A DNA stretch of 35,755 nt. Origin: Welwitschia mirabilis (taxonomy: Eukaryota). The stretch spans positions 14,385,948 to 14,421,702 of the forward strand of contig JBOZIK010000001.1 in assembly GCA_051453625.1 (NCBI GenBank). Reading direction: 5' to 3'. The position numbers and the translations under genes were made by a program. Shown piece by piece: positions 24,537 to 35,755 of this stretch (position 1 is its first letter; each line of letters opens with the position of its first letter). The notes beneath the pieces were generated by a model. That model saw only the letters and a list, made by a program, of their open reading frames with translations. It ran no database searches and had not been told where the DNA came from.

Positions 24537-25469
24537 TTAAAGTGATTTAAGTGTGTCTTTCAAGTTTTCAAAGTTTATGAGAACTATGATAAAATGTATC
24601 ATCTAGAGTAGGAAAGGTAGTGTGATATCTAAAGTATTTCAAATACACCCTTTTAAGTTTTTACATCTTTTATAGCTTCCAAAGAGTAATTTACAATTAT
24701 GTTATCTAAGCAATGAATTTTTTTCTCTCTAGTATGATAGAACACTCACTAGAATTGAAAATAATGAAACTACAAAATTTCAAATGGATTCTTAATATAA
24801 TAACTTGAAATATTATATTTTTAGTCTCTAATCTTCTCTTAGTATTAAATATCCTCCAAGACATCAAACTTCCTTCTGGCATCACATTTTATTATAGAAA
24901 ATAAAATCTTTTTTAGGTTTTACACGTCTTTTATTATCAAATCTTACTTCTAATCGTCAACTAGGTATTTGTCTTTAAAACTTAACATATGATATTTAAC
25001 AACATGTGTGATGTTTGATGCCTAATAGCTAATCATATCACATAATGTATCACCCTGGGCAATGCAACATTTGATTTTTAACATTAGTATGTAGTATAGT
25101 ACATATATCACATGTATGAAAGTTAACATTAGACATGTGAAACTTTTGATGTATAATGCCTTGTGTTAACTTTGATATTTAAAATTATATAAAATGTGAT
25201 TTTTTAATATTATTCATCCTACAATGTGATGAATACCTTAGGGATCTATTAATAAGATATTTAGATATCTAGAGTAAATATTTACTCCATAAATCTTCTA
25301 TAAATGTTATAAGCAATGAGGGTTTCAAACCTGATAAAATCTAGATCTCAAACAATAAGTAGCCAAATTAGCAAACTATAACTATAAATATTTAAAGGAT
25401 TTCTCCTAGACCTTGCGCTTTGATAAGGGCTAACAAATCAATAGAAATATAACTTGCTCCAAATTGTAC

Positions 25470-25770
25470 ATTAAAAGAACCATTGTATTGAGTTCATCTA
25501 AAACAAGGAAGTTAACAAGAAATATAAAAACATAGGAATGGTTAAAAATAGAAATGAAATTTAATTCCTATTACATAATAAAAGTAGTAAAAATTAAAGA
25601 ATATAATTAGAATAGAGAGCACACCCATATTTAAAGATAAAAATTGGAAGTTTCCCATTAAAGTAACCTTAGTTTGTAATATGTGATTGAGATTTTATTG
25701 ACATTAAACTTATTAGTTTATTAAATTATGAACATTATAACTAAAGCTAAAAGCCATAGAATATTAGAAG
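25470..25770 (-). mobile_element. Diverged LTR-like repeat, second copy
   Basis: Similar to 19655-20010. A PBS-like GCTTTGATA (reverse complement of TATCAAAGC) lies just inside at ~25417-25425. Confidence 0.45.
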
Positions 25771-27481
25771 CAATAAATTATTTTAAGAATTATAATCCTT
25801 TACTACTCGCATACATTATTATAGAGCATTTAGATAAATAAAAAAAGATATATTGGAATGTCAATATAATGTAACTATTGTTATAGCATATCTTTGATGG
25901 TATAACTATAGAACTTTAAAAAATGTTTTATTCATTAGTTTGATCAATGTAACATTTCAAAATAATGAGATGATTTATGATGGAATGATTTTAGTGAAAT
26001 TTGACTTATGAAGTTACATCTTTTTTATTTTACTTAATTGATCTATAACTCTTTGTTTTGAAAAAATAAGAGGTTTTTCAAGAATTCTATTCATCATAAT
26101 AAACCTGTATCTATTTAAATTTGATTACTTACCATTCTTGTAAAACATTTGTACTTTATTCATATATAATTGTCTATTCATCTCAAGATAAAATTTATTA
26201 TTTAGTTTATTTCATATAATTTCTCAACTAAGTGATTTACCTTAGTTTAATTTTCTAAACTGTATGGATATGTCTTTTCCTAAAGCTAATTTCTAGGTCA
26301 TTTCATGAGTTTTTTAAAATGTAAGAGATAAATTTATTCTACTTTGTCATTACAATCCTAACATTTCATATCTTTGACTAAATATTGATATGAATTTAAA
26401 CATTTAGAAGAGATAAAACTATAGCTTGCATTTTGTTTAATATGTACCAATTTTCATAAGTATATTGCCTTTTTTTTTAGCATCTAAACGCTTGAATTTG
26501 TATATATTTCACCCTATAAAATTTAGTAAATAATATATCTTAGGGTTATAAATAAGATTTAATACTGAATTATTGTTAGTCAAGTTTAATGCCTATAATT
26601 TTGAATTATATTAGAAATGATTAATACTTAGATTTAATCTTATAGGTTATCCTGAGTTGTCTATCTTTTAACCGAAACATATTACTCAAAGAGACTAGCA
26701 CCACTATCTACACTCATGAAATTGTAAACATTTTAGAGGAATATTAGTTTATAGAAAAAATAATTAAAGATCAATTGATATATTATTCACATAAGCTTTC
26801 AAAATGAGGGAAAAAAGTCAATTTAATAGTTAAAGAATCAATGAAGATCTTAAGAAGATGAAGGATTAATGTGATTAATTCTAATGTCTAACAAAATTCA
26901 TCTAGATTATATTTTATACATCTTAACACACTAAGTGCATGTCATTATAATTAACAATCCAACCATATGCTATATAAGAAAAATCTCCTCAAGAATTAAT
27001 CTATTTAATTCATTCATTTCATGTTTCATGATTATTTTCAGTTTTACATTTCATTCTTTTAGGTTCATAATTCCCATGGATTTGATGAGGTCTTATGTTA
27101 TCATGAGATTCTAAACCTTCTTTCTTCCTCTATAAGCATATGGGAATGATTGCTTCATAAGACATTTTCCTTACTAAGGCTAAGAATTTATTCTTTCCTA
27201 GATTGTTATTTCCTAAATTGTTTAAATAATTGATTAATGCACTTTGATCCATGATTGGATCTATTTTTTTATTCCATCATTGATATGGTTATAATTATAA
27301 GCTATATGATAGTTAATTGGTCTTTATAAGAATATAAATAAACAGTAATCAAATTAATAATTAAGGTAGTGAAGGAACATCATTCATATATTACATAAAC
27401 GATTATGAAATGATTATGCATATAAGTCATACCATTTTTATACATTAATATATCTTTTTTGTTATTAGTTATTAGTACTAA

Positions 27482-27780
27482 CATTCCTCCCTTTTAAAAT
27501 AATAAGTTGAAGAATTCAATAGTAACACAAAGTTTTCAAACTTCTTTACATTCAACACTCATAAAACTATTAAAGGAATTTCAAGTAGACTTAATATAAG
27601 AAATATAACATCTTCTTATGGAATACTAATCTTATAGAATGAAAAGATGTGCTTTCAAATAATCAATATTTCTATTATTAATCGCTTGAATTGTATCTTT
27701 TATATCGAAATAATAATGTGTTTTTGCACACCAATGCCTTATATTATAAGTATATTTTGAATGTTAAGGACTTCCTTTAA
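27482..27780 (-). mobile_element. Copia 3' remnant (decayed RNase H end, PPT, LTR start)
   Basis: Minus strand AAAAGGGAGGAA-TGTTAG gives a PPT (27495-27484) followed by a TG LTR start at 27483-27482. The upstream sequence only loosely resembles an RNase H end. Confidence 0.5.
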
Positions 27781-27788
27781 TCATAATA

Positions 27789-28260
27789 CACTACAAGATA
27801 TCTAGGATTTTAAGGCATTTATTTTAATAAATACCTTAAGTATAAATTTTTTTGAGACATTTATTTTAAGAAGTAAAAATGTCTTTTAAGGAATTTTTTT
27901 AAGCAAATGTTTTGAAAAAAAATTAAAGTAAAATAAATGCCTTAAAACATACTTTTACATCATTTATTGAAAAATGCCTTAAAAATAAAGCGTATTTTTA
28001 AGGAGTTTAAGAAACAAATGTCTTAAAAGCCTGCATAAAAAGAAATAAAAACTTAAGAAAACATTCTTTAAAACATGAAATAGAAATCTTTCATGCAAAC
28101 CCTAGACCCATCACTCACTGCTTGCTTATCGCTTGCTGCTTGCTTGCTGCTCACTCATCACTTGCACACCATTCGCTACTTGCTCCTCACTTTCTCGTTG
28201 TTTGGACACTGCTTACCGCTTACTGCTTGCTCGCTACTTGCCACTCACTACTATGAATAT
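27789..28260 (+). mobile_element. CACTA (En/Spm) transposon terminus with subterminal repeats
   Basis: Starts CACTACAAGA at 27789, followed by repeated AAATGYCTTA / TAAGGCATTT motifs in both orientations (~27811, 27854, 27877, 27887, 27936, 27972, 28016) and a low-complexity CTTGCT/CTCACT tract at 28111-28252. The other terminus was not found. Confidence 0.8.
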
Positions 28261-30149
28261 TTCAAAAGTTTGTAAGAGCCTTAACTATCCATTAAGGACA
28301 TAAACATAGTAATACTGATGCTTCCTGTAATAGTGTTGACTATCTCTCTAGATGAGAAGCATGTAGAAGCATTTTGTTCTCCATGTTTCAACTTCTAATT
28401 ACAGTCCAATATCTCTAAAGTGAGTAGACTAGAGTGAGAACTGTTAAATGCATTCTTTCAAATGTATGTTTTCAATTTAGGAGTTAGATTTGTGTATTTC
28501 AATGACTTGTATTCTGTTAGCACTCATCTTTGTTAGATTTAGTTCAATAAGAAATGTTTAGCATATGTCCTATCAAGTACCATTTTTGATGTCTCGAGAA
28601 AATGCTTGATTTTAACTAAAATATATTCACAAGAAACATAATGAAACTGAAATTCATGTAAAAAAATTAATCTAAGATATATGAAAGCAAACTGATATAA
28701 AACCATAGGGATGATGTAATTTTTTGTTTTGCATCTAACTCTAGCAACTAAAGTCTAGTTGTGCCTTTTTTTAGGTAGAGCATTAAGCACTTAGAGGTTC
28801 GAACACTAACCGTCAACCTACTGAACTCCCTTTATGAGTTTCAGAAATCAAACTCTGAGAGGTGACTTTAAATGCTTTTCAAACTAAGAAACTGAACTAT
28901 AATATTTTTAAAAGTTAATGTCATAACATAAAGAAGATAACACAGCAGAACTATATGATATACAAACCATTATTCCAATCATGATAGTATTGAAATATTA
29001 AAATAATATGTTATTTCTATAGATTTTCTTTGTGCTTGTACTGCACCTAAAAATAATCCACCTTTTAAAATTCAATTAGTATTTTGTCTAATCATTTCTA
29101 TGTTTCTACATTCTGCATGCATCCAAGCTGTAAAGCATAGCTCGAAATAGTTCTTTTAAATCTGATTTTTTCCCTCTTTATGAGTATTCTATCCTTACCT
29201 CGTTTAAACATTTAATGAGGTTTTATCCCTATTCGTTAGATCGATATGTGACTTCTCATTTCAAATTTTATTGATTTTACACCATCTTATAAAATATCTT
29301 TTCATTTTTCATTTACGTGGATTTGAGCTAGTCTTCCTTAAAATTAGTTTATAAGAATTTTTGCCTACTCCTTTAGTCATCATGTGATTTTTTATTTCAT
29401 GCTTCTATGTGTCTTCACACATTGAAGAATAAGAAGGAACACGTTACAAAAGTGTCATACCTATTCTTATGCATGTTGACCTAGCCACACCAATGATCTA
29501 GAGAAACAAACTCCTCTAGTTCAACTAAAGACATCATAAAAACATGATATAATACATTACTAATGGTCTTTACAAATTTAGCAAAATTTCACTCAAAGAT
29601 AAAGCTACCCATATTTAGCTGTAACCTTAGAAGCTAACTTCTCCCAATGACCTATTTCAACCTTTTAGTTATTAAGAAGGATTGTTATATTCACTCATGT
29701 ACTTTTGGAACATAGCACCATCCATCTCCAATTCAAATAACTTGCATGTATGTACATGTTGTAGTTCATTGTTATGAAAGTCTGACTCACCTCCAAGCTC
29801 ATTTTACTTGTCAAATTAGAACTCAACAAATTTGAAAACATTTTGACCTTCTTTTACACACCTCCTATGTCACATTGTCATTAAACCCAGACTCATCTTA
29901 AAAGCCACTTTGCATGTTAAATTGAATCCTTACCATACTCAACTACTTTGGCTAACAAAAATTAATGTTCATCCAAATGATCCAAAACTTAGTGAGTTCC
30001 CAAGTTAAATTTAGTTTAGCAAGCATTACTATTTTAGACCTATTGGTTTTCTTAGCCAAACACATAAATCTTCAAAACTCATTGTGAGTTTAATAATAAT
30101 ACCATAGCATCACATTCGTCCAAATCACAAAAGGTGTTCTCTTTAAATT

Positions 30150-30922
30150 TGAAACAAGTCTAGGTAATAAGAAGACATTCATTACTAGGGCCTCCATTAA
30201 TCATCAACTAGCAACTCCCTACCAAAACTGCTTTGCTTTGAGAAATTAATAAATTGCATCCTTTTGAGCCAATGCATCCTCCAATGGAACCTTGCATCAG
30301 TCACATCTTTACCTATGAGTGTTAGTTTTCCTAATTAAGCCACACATATAACTAGTCATGTCATGCTAACTCTAACTTGAAGATGAAGTTGTATTGTAAG
30401 AGACAAACATGATGAAAAATAATCCACAATAAACAGTAGCTATTTGTCAAATGTACCTGGTGGCTTTCAATACAAGTCTGTCATTAATCCTTAACTCTGC
30501 TTCAAGTCCCAATTCAACTAAAGATGAATTTTCTGAATTACAAGAAGCATGAAAGCTGTAAAAATTTGTATGCCAAAAGGCACCAAATGTTTGTCATGGA
30601 AAATGCCAAACATGATGAAAAATAAGATAGAAAGAAAGAAGAGCCTTTCATAAAAATGGGAAGACAACCCACAGATAGTAATAATGTCAAATTAGATGAC
30701 ATCATGGGAATTTTATGGAATCTATATTTGGTCACAGTCTTGACCATCCTGAAACATAATTGGATGCATCAACCAGGATATGTTGAAGATAACTACTCTA
30801 TGAATTTATCAATACCTTTCATCATTTATCAAATTATCTATGTTTATGTTAAAATTGACCTCAATGGCTATGAATTAATCTTGGCTGAAGTCAGAAAAGC
30901 AAGACCATTTCTTAGTAACTGA
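30150..30922 (+). mobile_element. Decayed LINE (L1-like) ORF2/RT remnant
   Basis: LGNKKTFITRAS at ~30160 resembles GDxNTKFFHxxAS. FIKMGRQPTDS at ~30647-30679 resembles FIKGRQITDN. These are followed by VKLD...W and IDLNG...VRKARP (resembling LVNG...GLRQGDP) within ORF 30656-30922. Confidence 0.45.
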
Positions 30923-32726
30923 ATAAGAGCTTGTAATAACAATTCGCTCATCAGAATGATAATGAATTAACCTCCCTGATAAAATGTTATGTTTTAATAT
31001 TATGATTTACTTTGTTAACATTTTAGAATAGAATGTCCTCAAAATTGGTTTCATTCTACAACATACATAATTAATAAAAACATCAATGTTTGTTTAAACC
31101 AAGTAAAAATAGATTAACAACACTTAAAAATTTTCAGTTAAAATACTCACTATTTTCAATTTGAGTTAATTAGAAATTTAGAAACAAGGAAAATAAATAT
31201 TTCTTAAAAACCAAATTTCAATATCCTGATATAATATACATTACTAGGTTTTTGTTTCTTGAATTGCATCAACCAAAAAAAGGAAAATTTTGGTATTCAA
31301 ATACAGACATTATTCTTATCTTTCTGTGCTGACTATAATATCGAATATAGATGCAATAAATGTAAATGTAATTCCTTTGATTAAGTAATATGAAAGTAAG
31401 GACATTATAAGCTTGCATCACATGAAATTGGAAGTTTTCTAGCTAAGTTAATAAAGCACTAGCAACACAAATTTGATATGCTTCAAAGTTCAGACTTCAA
31501 AACATCCATTTTTCAGATTCTTTACTTTAATAATTAGGTAGCTTAATTGTGGTGATTAGTAACCATGCTTATCACTAGAGCATTTCTCTATGAATCTTTT
31601 AAGTTGTGTAACGATCACGTGGCCTATAGCTTTCACTTCAATAGCCTTATATAGACTATGCATTCTTTTAAGAAGGATGCCTATGCTGTTAGCTATGCTT
31701 TCTTCTTTTTCTATCAATGTTGTCTATTTGTTTTAGTATCAGTTGTAGCTATTATAATTTTGCCTCTGTTTTCCATTCATTTCAGATATCTATTCTTACA
31801 TCTATGAAGTCGTTGAATTAGAAGGGTGTTTTTAGAGCTACCTCTCCTATGACCTAAGCTTCTTTCTTTTGATTATGACAAATCATTGAGTTTCTTCTCA
31901 TAGAGAAGAGATCTTTTACACTAATTTTCATTGAACTAAATTTTTTATGGCCTTTACTCTTACCTACTATAGCTTTCTATATGTTTCACCTATGTTTGAT
32001 CACTTCTGCTGCCCTTTGCATCTATTGTTGACTGTTCGACCTTGTTGCTAATTTCTTGTAGGTTAGACATTCTTCTCACTCCTAGCTAATGCTACCATGT
32101 ACTAATGCCATCTGCATCGATTTTCCAATGTCACTTATGATAAGAATAGGGTAGATATTCTAAATCAAACATAATAATTGTGAGTTATTCTATAGAAATA
32201 ATGGTATTCTATGTTTGAACAGTATCTAGAGAGAGTGTTGAAGAAGTGAAAGCAGTTGCAGACATGCATGAAAGGAAGACTAAAATGGCTAGGCAAGATG
32301 ATGCTTTCATTGCTTTACTAAGTAAGTTCTGAAAGTACATTCCCTATTTACCAGGGCTTGGAAAAACTTTTGTATTGACGTCACTGCTAAGNNNNNNNNN
32401 NNNNNNNNNNNNNNNNNNNNNNNNNNNNNNNNNNNNNNNNNNNNNNNNNNNNNNNNNNNNNNNNNNNNNNNNNNNNNNNNNNNNNNNNNNNAGAAGAGAT
32501 ATTTCACACTAATTTTCATCGAACTACAATTTTTATGGCCTTTACTCTTACCTACTATAGCTCTCTATATGTTTCACCTGTTTTTGATCACTTCTGTTGC
32601 CCTTTGCATCTATTGTTGACTGTTTGATCTTTGTTGCTAATTTCTTGTAGGTTAGACATTCTTCTCGCTCCTTGCTAATGCTACCATGTACTAATGCCAT
32701 CTGCATCCATTTTCCAAGGCCACTTA

Positions 32727-33105
32727 TGATAATAATAGGGTAGATATTCTAAAGCAAACATAATAATTTTGAGTTGTTCTATAGAAATAATGGTATTCTA
32801 TGTTTGAGCAGTATCTAGAGAGAGTGTTAAAGAAGTGAAAGCAGTTGCAGACATGCATGAAAGAAAGACTGAAATGGCTAGGCAAGATGACGCTTTCATT
32901 GCTTTACTAAGTTCTGAAAGTAAATTCCCTATTCACCAGGGCTTGGAAAAACTTTTGTATTGACGTCACTGCTAAGCCATGACACAAGGCAATGTTTTAT
33001 AAGAAAAAAATGCCATAAAGATGTGGAAATATTGTGGGTGGGTCTATGCTATCACCGTCCTTTGATTTTCTGAATGTGTGCCAATGTGAGCCACACACCC
33101 CAACA
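32727..33105 (-). mobile_element. 3' LTR (about 380 bp) of the Tnt1/Tork-like copia element; partial second copy 32138-32391
   Basis: On the minus strand, the PPT AAGGTGGAGAT (33116-33106) is directly followed by TGTTGGGG. The far end (TTATCA at ~32732-32727) is inferred and less certain. Confidence 0.65.
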
Positions 33106-35755
33106 ATCTCCACCTTGGCTTAAATTGGATACATTAATAGTATTTTAAGTGTTGTGTATGTCCATTAAGTCCAAATAGTATTTGAACTTTACCTTGGGAA
33201 GAGACTTGGTTAACATGTCAGCGGGATTTTGTGAAGTATGTATCTTTTGTATAATAATGTCTCCTATAGCAAGAATGTTTTTAATATAGTAATGCTTCAA
33301 TGTGTTTAGTTCTTGAGTGATACATATCATTCTTAGTAAGATGAATAGNNNNNNNNNNNNNNNNNNNNNNNNNNNNNNNNNNNNNNNNNNNNNNNNNNNN
33401 NNNNNNNNNNNNNNNNNNNNNNNNNNNNNNNNNNNNNNNNNNNNNNNNACCCCAACAATCTCCACCTTGGCTCAAATTGGATACATTGATAGTATTTTAA
33501 GTGTTGTGTATGTCCATTAAGTCCAAATAGTATTTAAACTTTATCTTGGGAAGAGACTTGGTTAACATGTCAGCAGGATTTGGTGAAGTATGTATCTTTT
33601 GTATAATAATGTCTCCTATAGCAAGAGTGTTTTTAATATAGTAATGCTTCAATGTGTTTAGTTCTTGAGTGATACATATCATTCTTAGTAAGATGAATAG
33701 CACTTTGGCTATCACAGAATACCACAGTCCTGTCTTAGGGTATACCAATTTCAGTCACTAAACCTCAAAGCCATGTAACTTCTTTGATACCTTCAGTTAC
33801 TCAAACATACTCTGCCTCAGTTATTGATAATGCAGCAATCGATTGAAGAGATGCCTTCTAGCTAATAGCAGAATTATAGAGAGTGAAGATGTATCTTGAA
33901 AGAGACCTTCATCTATTTAAGTCACTACCATAATCAGAATCAGTAAATCCTACTACATTATTTGATGTAGTTTCATTTCCATCAAACACTAAGTCCAAAG
34001 TGGAAGAGCCCTTTAAATAATGAAGGATATATTTTACTGCATTCCAATGATCCTTTCCTGGATTATGCATGTATCAACTTACTATACTGACAGCATATGT
34101 GAGATTAGATCTAGTGCAGACCATAGCATACATTAAACTTCGAATAGCATTAGCATAAGGAATGGTTAATATATGCTCAATATCTTTTTTTAGTTTTTGG
34201 AAAATAATCTGAAGACAATTTGAAGTAAGTAGGGAAGAGAGTAGAAACAGGTTTACAATTTAACATATTAAACCTATTAAGAACTTTNNNNNNNNNNNNN
34301 NNNNNNNNNNNNNNNNNNNNNNNNNNNNNNNNNNNNNNNNNNNNNNNNNNNNNNNNNNNNNNNNNNNNNNNNNNNNNNNNNNNNNNNTTTACAATTTAAC
34401 ATATTAAACCTATTAAGAACTTTCTGAATATATTTTCTTTGAGAAAGAAACAATTTTCCAGCTTGACGATCTTTGCGAATTTTCATACCAAGAATTTTTT
34501 TGGCTTTACTCAGATCCTTAATTTCAAATTTCTTGTTAAGTTGAGATTTTAACCTGTCAATCAAAGACTTGTTGCAAGAAGCAATTAACATGTCATCGAC
34601 ATACAGCAACAAATATACAAAGGAATGATCANNNNNNNNNNNNNNNNNNNNNNNNNNNNNNNNNNNNNNNNNNNNNNNNNNNNNNNNNNNNNNNNNNNNN
34701 NNNNNNNNNNNNNNNNNNNNNNNNNNNNNNNTAACCTATCAATCAAAGACTTGTTGTGAGAAGCAATTAACATGTCATCGACATATAGCAACAAATATAC
34801 AAAGAAATGATCAAAATATAGCTGGTAATAGATATAGTGATCATATTGACTTCTGAGAAAACCCTGTCTAATCATAAATGTATCAAACTTCTTGTACCAC
34901 TGTCGCAGAGCTTGTTAAGGCCATATAATGATTTTTTTAGATGACACACATAACCTTCTCTACTTAGGATTACAAAACCCTCAAGCTGCTTCANNNNNNN
35001 NNNATTAAGATCTCCATGTGAAAAGGCAGTTTTGACATCGAGTTGATGTAACTCCATGTCAAATAAGACCACAAATACAAGTAGTACACGAATTGAAGTA
35101 TGACAAATTACAGGTGAAAAATTTTCATGGAAATCAATACCTTCTTTTTTATTGTAGCCTTTGATAACCAACCATGCTTTCCATCTTGCATTTTCTACTC
35201 CAGGGATGCCTTTGTTTTTCTTGTAGATCCACTTACAGTTCAAAGGACGTTTGTCAGATGGAAGTTTACACAACATCCAAGATTTATTTTTACAGAGANN
35301 NNNNNNNNNNNNNNNNNNNNNNNNNNNNNNNNNNNNNNNNNNNNNNNNNNNNNNNNNNNNNNNNNNNNNNNNNNNNNNNNNNNNNNNNNNNNNNNNNNTT
35401 CTTCATTAAGATCTCCATGTAAAAAGGCAGTTTTGACATCGAGTTGATGTAACTCCATGTCAAATAAGATCACAAATGCAAGTAGTACACGAATTAAAGT
35501 ATGACAAACTACAGGTGAAAAAATTTCATGGAAATTAATACCTTCTTTTTGATTGTAGCCTTTGATAACCAACCATGCTTTCCATCTTGCTTTTTCTACT
35601 CCAGGGATGCCTTTGTTTTTCTTTTAGATCCACTTATAGTTTAAAGGACGTTTGACAGATGGAATTTTACACAACATCCAAGATTTATTTTTATAGAGAT
35701 TGTCAATTTCTTCATTCATTTCTATTAACCACTTAGAGGGGTCAGTACAAGAAAT
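33106..35755 (-). mobile_element. Ty1/copia (Tnt1/Tork-like) pol RT-RNase H, pseudogenised, with gap-associated duplications
   Basis: CKWIYK, LHQLDVKTAFLHGDL, KKSLYGL, LLLYVDDMLIA, AKKILGM.I.KDR..GKLFLSQ..YI.KVL.RFNM, RTKHI, NPADMLTKSLP. Frameshifts and stops are present; the element runs off the window end. Confidence 0.95.

Noticed and set aside
30404..30625. 19-bp repeat CAAACATGATGAAAAATAA (30404, 30607) with box C-like ATGATGA
   Set aside because: No terminal stems or recognisable rRNA guide sequences; it sits within a decayed LINE remnant.

Overview
This is plant nuclear DNA from a draft assembly (10-N and 100-N gaps). It is AT-rich, CpG-poor and mostly decayed transposons. It holds one intact protein-coding gene: a 4-exon NRT1/PTR-family transporter of the NPF7 (NRT1.5/NPF7.3-like) clade at 15889-18029 (+). 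An intronless, frameshifted and internally deleted Cullin-4 pseudogene fragment lies at ~11645-12517 (-). Transposon remnants are a SIRE/Maximus-type copia 5' end (LTR, PBS, gag), two further minus-strand copia elements plus a copia 3' remnant, two very decayed LINE RT remnants, and a CACTA terminus with subterminal repeats. A compound tandem repeat lies upstream of the NPF promoter. The most interesting unexplained signals are orphan CpG-retaining islands, especially ~2600-4560, which has a TATA box and a convincing intron on the minus strand (candidate lncRNA or small-ORF gene). A 43-bp GC-rich insert sits between 6-bp direct repeats at 19902-19956. The diverged duplications flanking the 100-N gaps are probably assembly or haplotype artefacts. 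I found no convincing novel multi-gene system. All homology calls come from recognised motifs, not database searches.
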